A DNA stretch of 64,000 bases from Octopus bimaculoides. Taxonomy: Eukaryota. The stretch spans positions 18,188,190-18,252,189 of the forward strand of contig NC_068991.1 in NCBI RefSeq assembly GCF_001194135.2, given 5' to 3'. The notes beneath the pieces were generated by a model. That model saw nothing but the letters and a program-made list of their open reading frames with translations. It ran no database searches and was not told the origin of the DNA. Every line of letters begins with the position of its first letter. Position 1 is the stretch's first letter. Position numbers and translations under genes: made by a program. Shown piece by piece: positions 62,167 through 64,000 of this stretch.

Positions 62167-62545
62167 TGTGTGGTAAGTAGCTTGCTTACCAACCACATGG
62201 TTCCGGGTTCAGTCCCACTGCGTGGCATCTTGGGCAAGTGTCTTCCACTATAGCCTCGGGCTGACCAAAGCCTTGTGAGTGGATTTGGTAGACGGAAACT
62301 AAAAGAAGCCTGTCGTATATTTGTATATATATATGTATGTGTGTCTGTGTTTGTCCCCCTAGCATTGCTTGACAACCGATGCTGGTGTGTTTATGTCCCC
62401 GTCACTTAGAGGTTCGGCAAAAGAGACCGATAGAATAAGTACTAGGCTTACAATGAATAAGTCCCGGGGTCGATTTGCTCGACTAAAGGTGGTGCTCCAG
62501 CATGGCTGCAGTCAAATGACCGAAACAAGTAAAAGAGTAAAAGAA
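62167..62545 (+). mobile_element. SINE family A
   Basis: tgtgtggtaagtagcttgcttacc...cgaaacaagtaaaagagtaaaag. Confidence 0.92.
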
Positions 62546-63167
62546 TATTACAAGGATAATAAACTAAATTAATATCAGTATCTTCATTGTAAATGAATAA
62601 AAAAAATTGATAGAGGTAGTTAATGTTGATGAATCCTATAAACATATTCAAAAGCAGTGACACCATTTTGGGTTTTGCTTTCATGTAGTATATGTAAGGC
62701 TTGGTGAAGCATGTCATTTTACAAGCTACACCTGCAGAACTAGTTGTTGTAGGTGTTTAATGGGAGTAAACTAGTTTCCATCGAACAGTCCAGTGATCAA
62801 AAGCATTCCAACTGTAACAAAACTATTATTTTGTATATCTAGGACTAGTGTTTAATCCATCCATCTATCCATCTTTGCTGCCCACAATACCTGGGAAGCT
62901 TATGTGAGTTATGGAAGCACCTCCTCCACAGAGTCCAATCAGAAGCAACCACCTTGCTACTGAATTCCCAAGTTGGCAAGCTGTGTCATTATTTGTCTGA
63001 GGTGGGATTGTGTTGGCAAGCTGTGTCACCATCTGTTTGTGGGGCAGTCGGTGGATATGGTCCAAGATACCTGTGTATGTAGCATTAACAGTCCCAAATA
63101 TAGCAGTTCTCCTTTGTCAGTCTCACTCAAATACTAAAAGTCATAGTTTTGCTCTCTCTCTCTAAAC

Positions 63168-63462
63168 CAGTGGTTCCCAAAGTGAGCGGCACTGCCCCCT
63201 TGGGGGTGATGGAAAGACTCAGGAGAACGTTGAAGAAAAGTGGGGTGATAACGGAGTGGCCTAAATGAGGCAATGAATGTAAAAATAAACCCCCCAAAAT
63301 AATGGGTTAATTATGTTAAATTTTATTTGTGAAATACAGTTGTTTCGAATTTGCAGCAGAAAATGGCCTATGTTTGTGGTGATGAGTTTGGTGGTGGGGG
63401 GCACTGGGGATGTGCCCTGGGTGCCAAGGGGGCGGCAGCCTGCAAAGGTTTGGGAACCACTG
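63168..63462. mobile_element. hAT (Charlie-type) MITE, 295 bp
   Basis: ctctaaac|CAGTGGTTCCCAAA ... TTTGGGAACCACTG|cactaaac: perfect 14-bp TIRs and an 8-bp TSD with one mismatch. Confidence 0.9.
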
Positions 63463-63659
63463 CACTAAACTGAATTTGAACTAAGAATTTGGAAAGACAA
63501 AGACCAAACATTATCCATTCTGTGCTTGATAAGCACTTACATTCTTGTCATTTAGTTTTCATGGAAGAATACAAAGGAACTTTGCTGTTACCTTGTTTCA
63601 GACATGTTCTACTAGGCATCATCTTGTTAGCTAATGCAATGAGTTAGAATAGTTAAGTC

Positions 63660-63785
63660 ATCGGATAGAATATCTTGTGGTATTCATTCTGGCTCTCTGT
63701 GCTCTAAGTTCAAATACCGTTGAGATCAGCTTTGCCTTTATCTGTTTAGGGTCAATACAGTACCACTCAAGTACTGGTCAATTCT
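63660..63785 (+). mobile_element. SINE family B, degenerate
   Basis: ctctaagttcaaataccgttgagatcagctttgccttttatctgtttagggtcaatac. Confidence 0.55.
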
Positions 63786-64000
63786 TTGTCTTTTCTCCTT
63801 CTATCTTCTTCCTTTCTTCTTTTTCTCTACCACTCTTTCCTGTAATGGTTCCTGGATAGAAGTAGGATAACCTAAGGAAGGCTGCATATGTTCCATCAGA
63901 ACTACCTCATTCCACATGATCCTTGTACCACAGGAGTAGGTGACTGTGAATTTTCATAATTATGTAACCCAAATATACAATCTCTTAGCTTTGTTGATTT

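Overview
Eukaryotic, AT-rich, repeat-saturated non-coding DNA from a draft assembly with many N gaps. The SINE repertoire, the RTE LINE fragments and the very high (TA)n/(CA)n/(TAGA)n density suggest an octopus (coleoid cephalopod) genome; this is an inference, not a database match. I can identify no host protein-coding gene with confidence. The long ORFs in the track are microsatellite or gap artefacts, or transposon remnants. The window holds: (i) at least six tRNA-headed or related SINE families (my labels A, B, C, C', F, G, plus a repeat E) built from shuffled head, core and tail modules, with head-to-tail trains of family B; (ii) several RTE-clade LINE fragments (endonuclease, RT, C-terminus/3' UTR) and a probable Tx1/L1-like 3' end; (iii) a full-length but dead DD41D (rosa/Visitor-type) Tc1/mariner element, mariner and Tigger/pogo remnants, hAT, piggyBac, mariner and foldback MITEs, and a 56-bp Helitron-like element; (iv) three short TG...CA LTR-like insertions, two of them nested in SINEs with clean TSDs; (v) degenerate Penelope-type minimal hammerhead motifs; (vi) alternating CpG-retaining and CpG-depleted domains, with splice-site-bounded candidate first exons at the domain edges. 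Coordinates of degenerate repeats are approximate.
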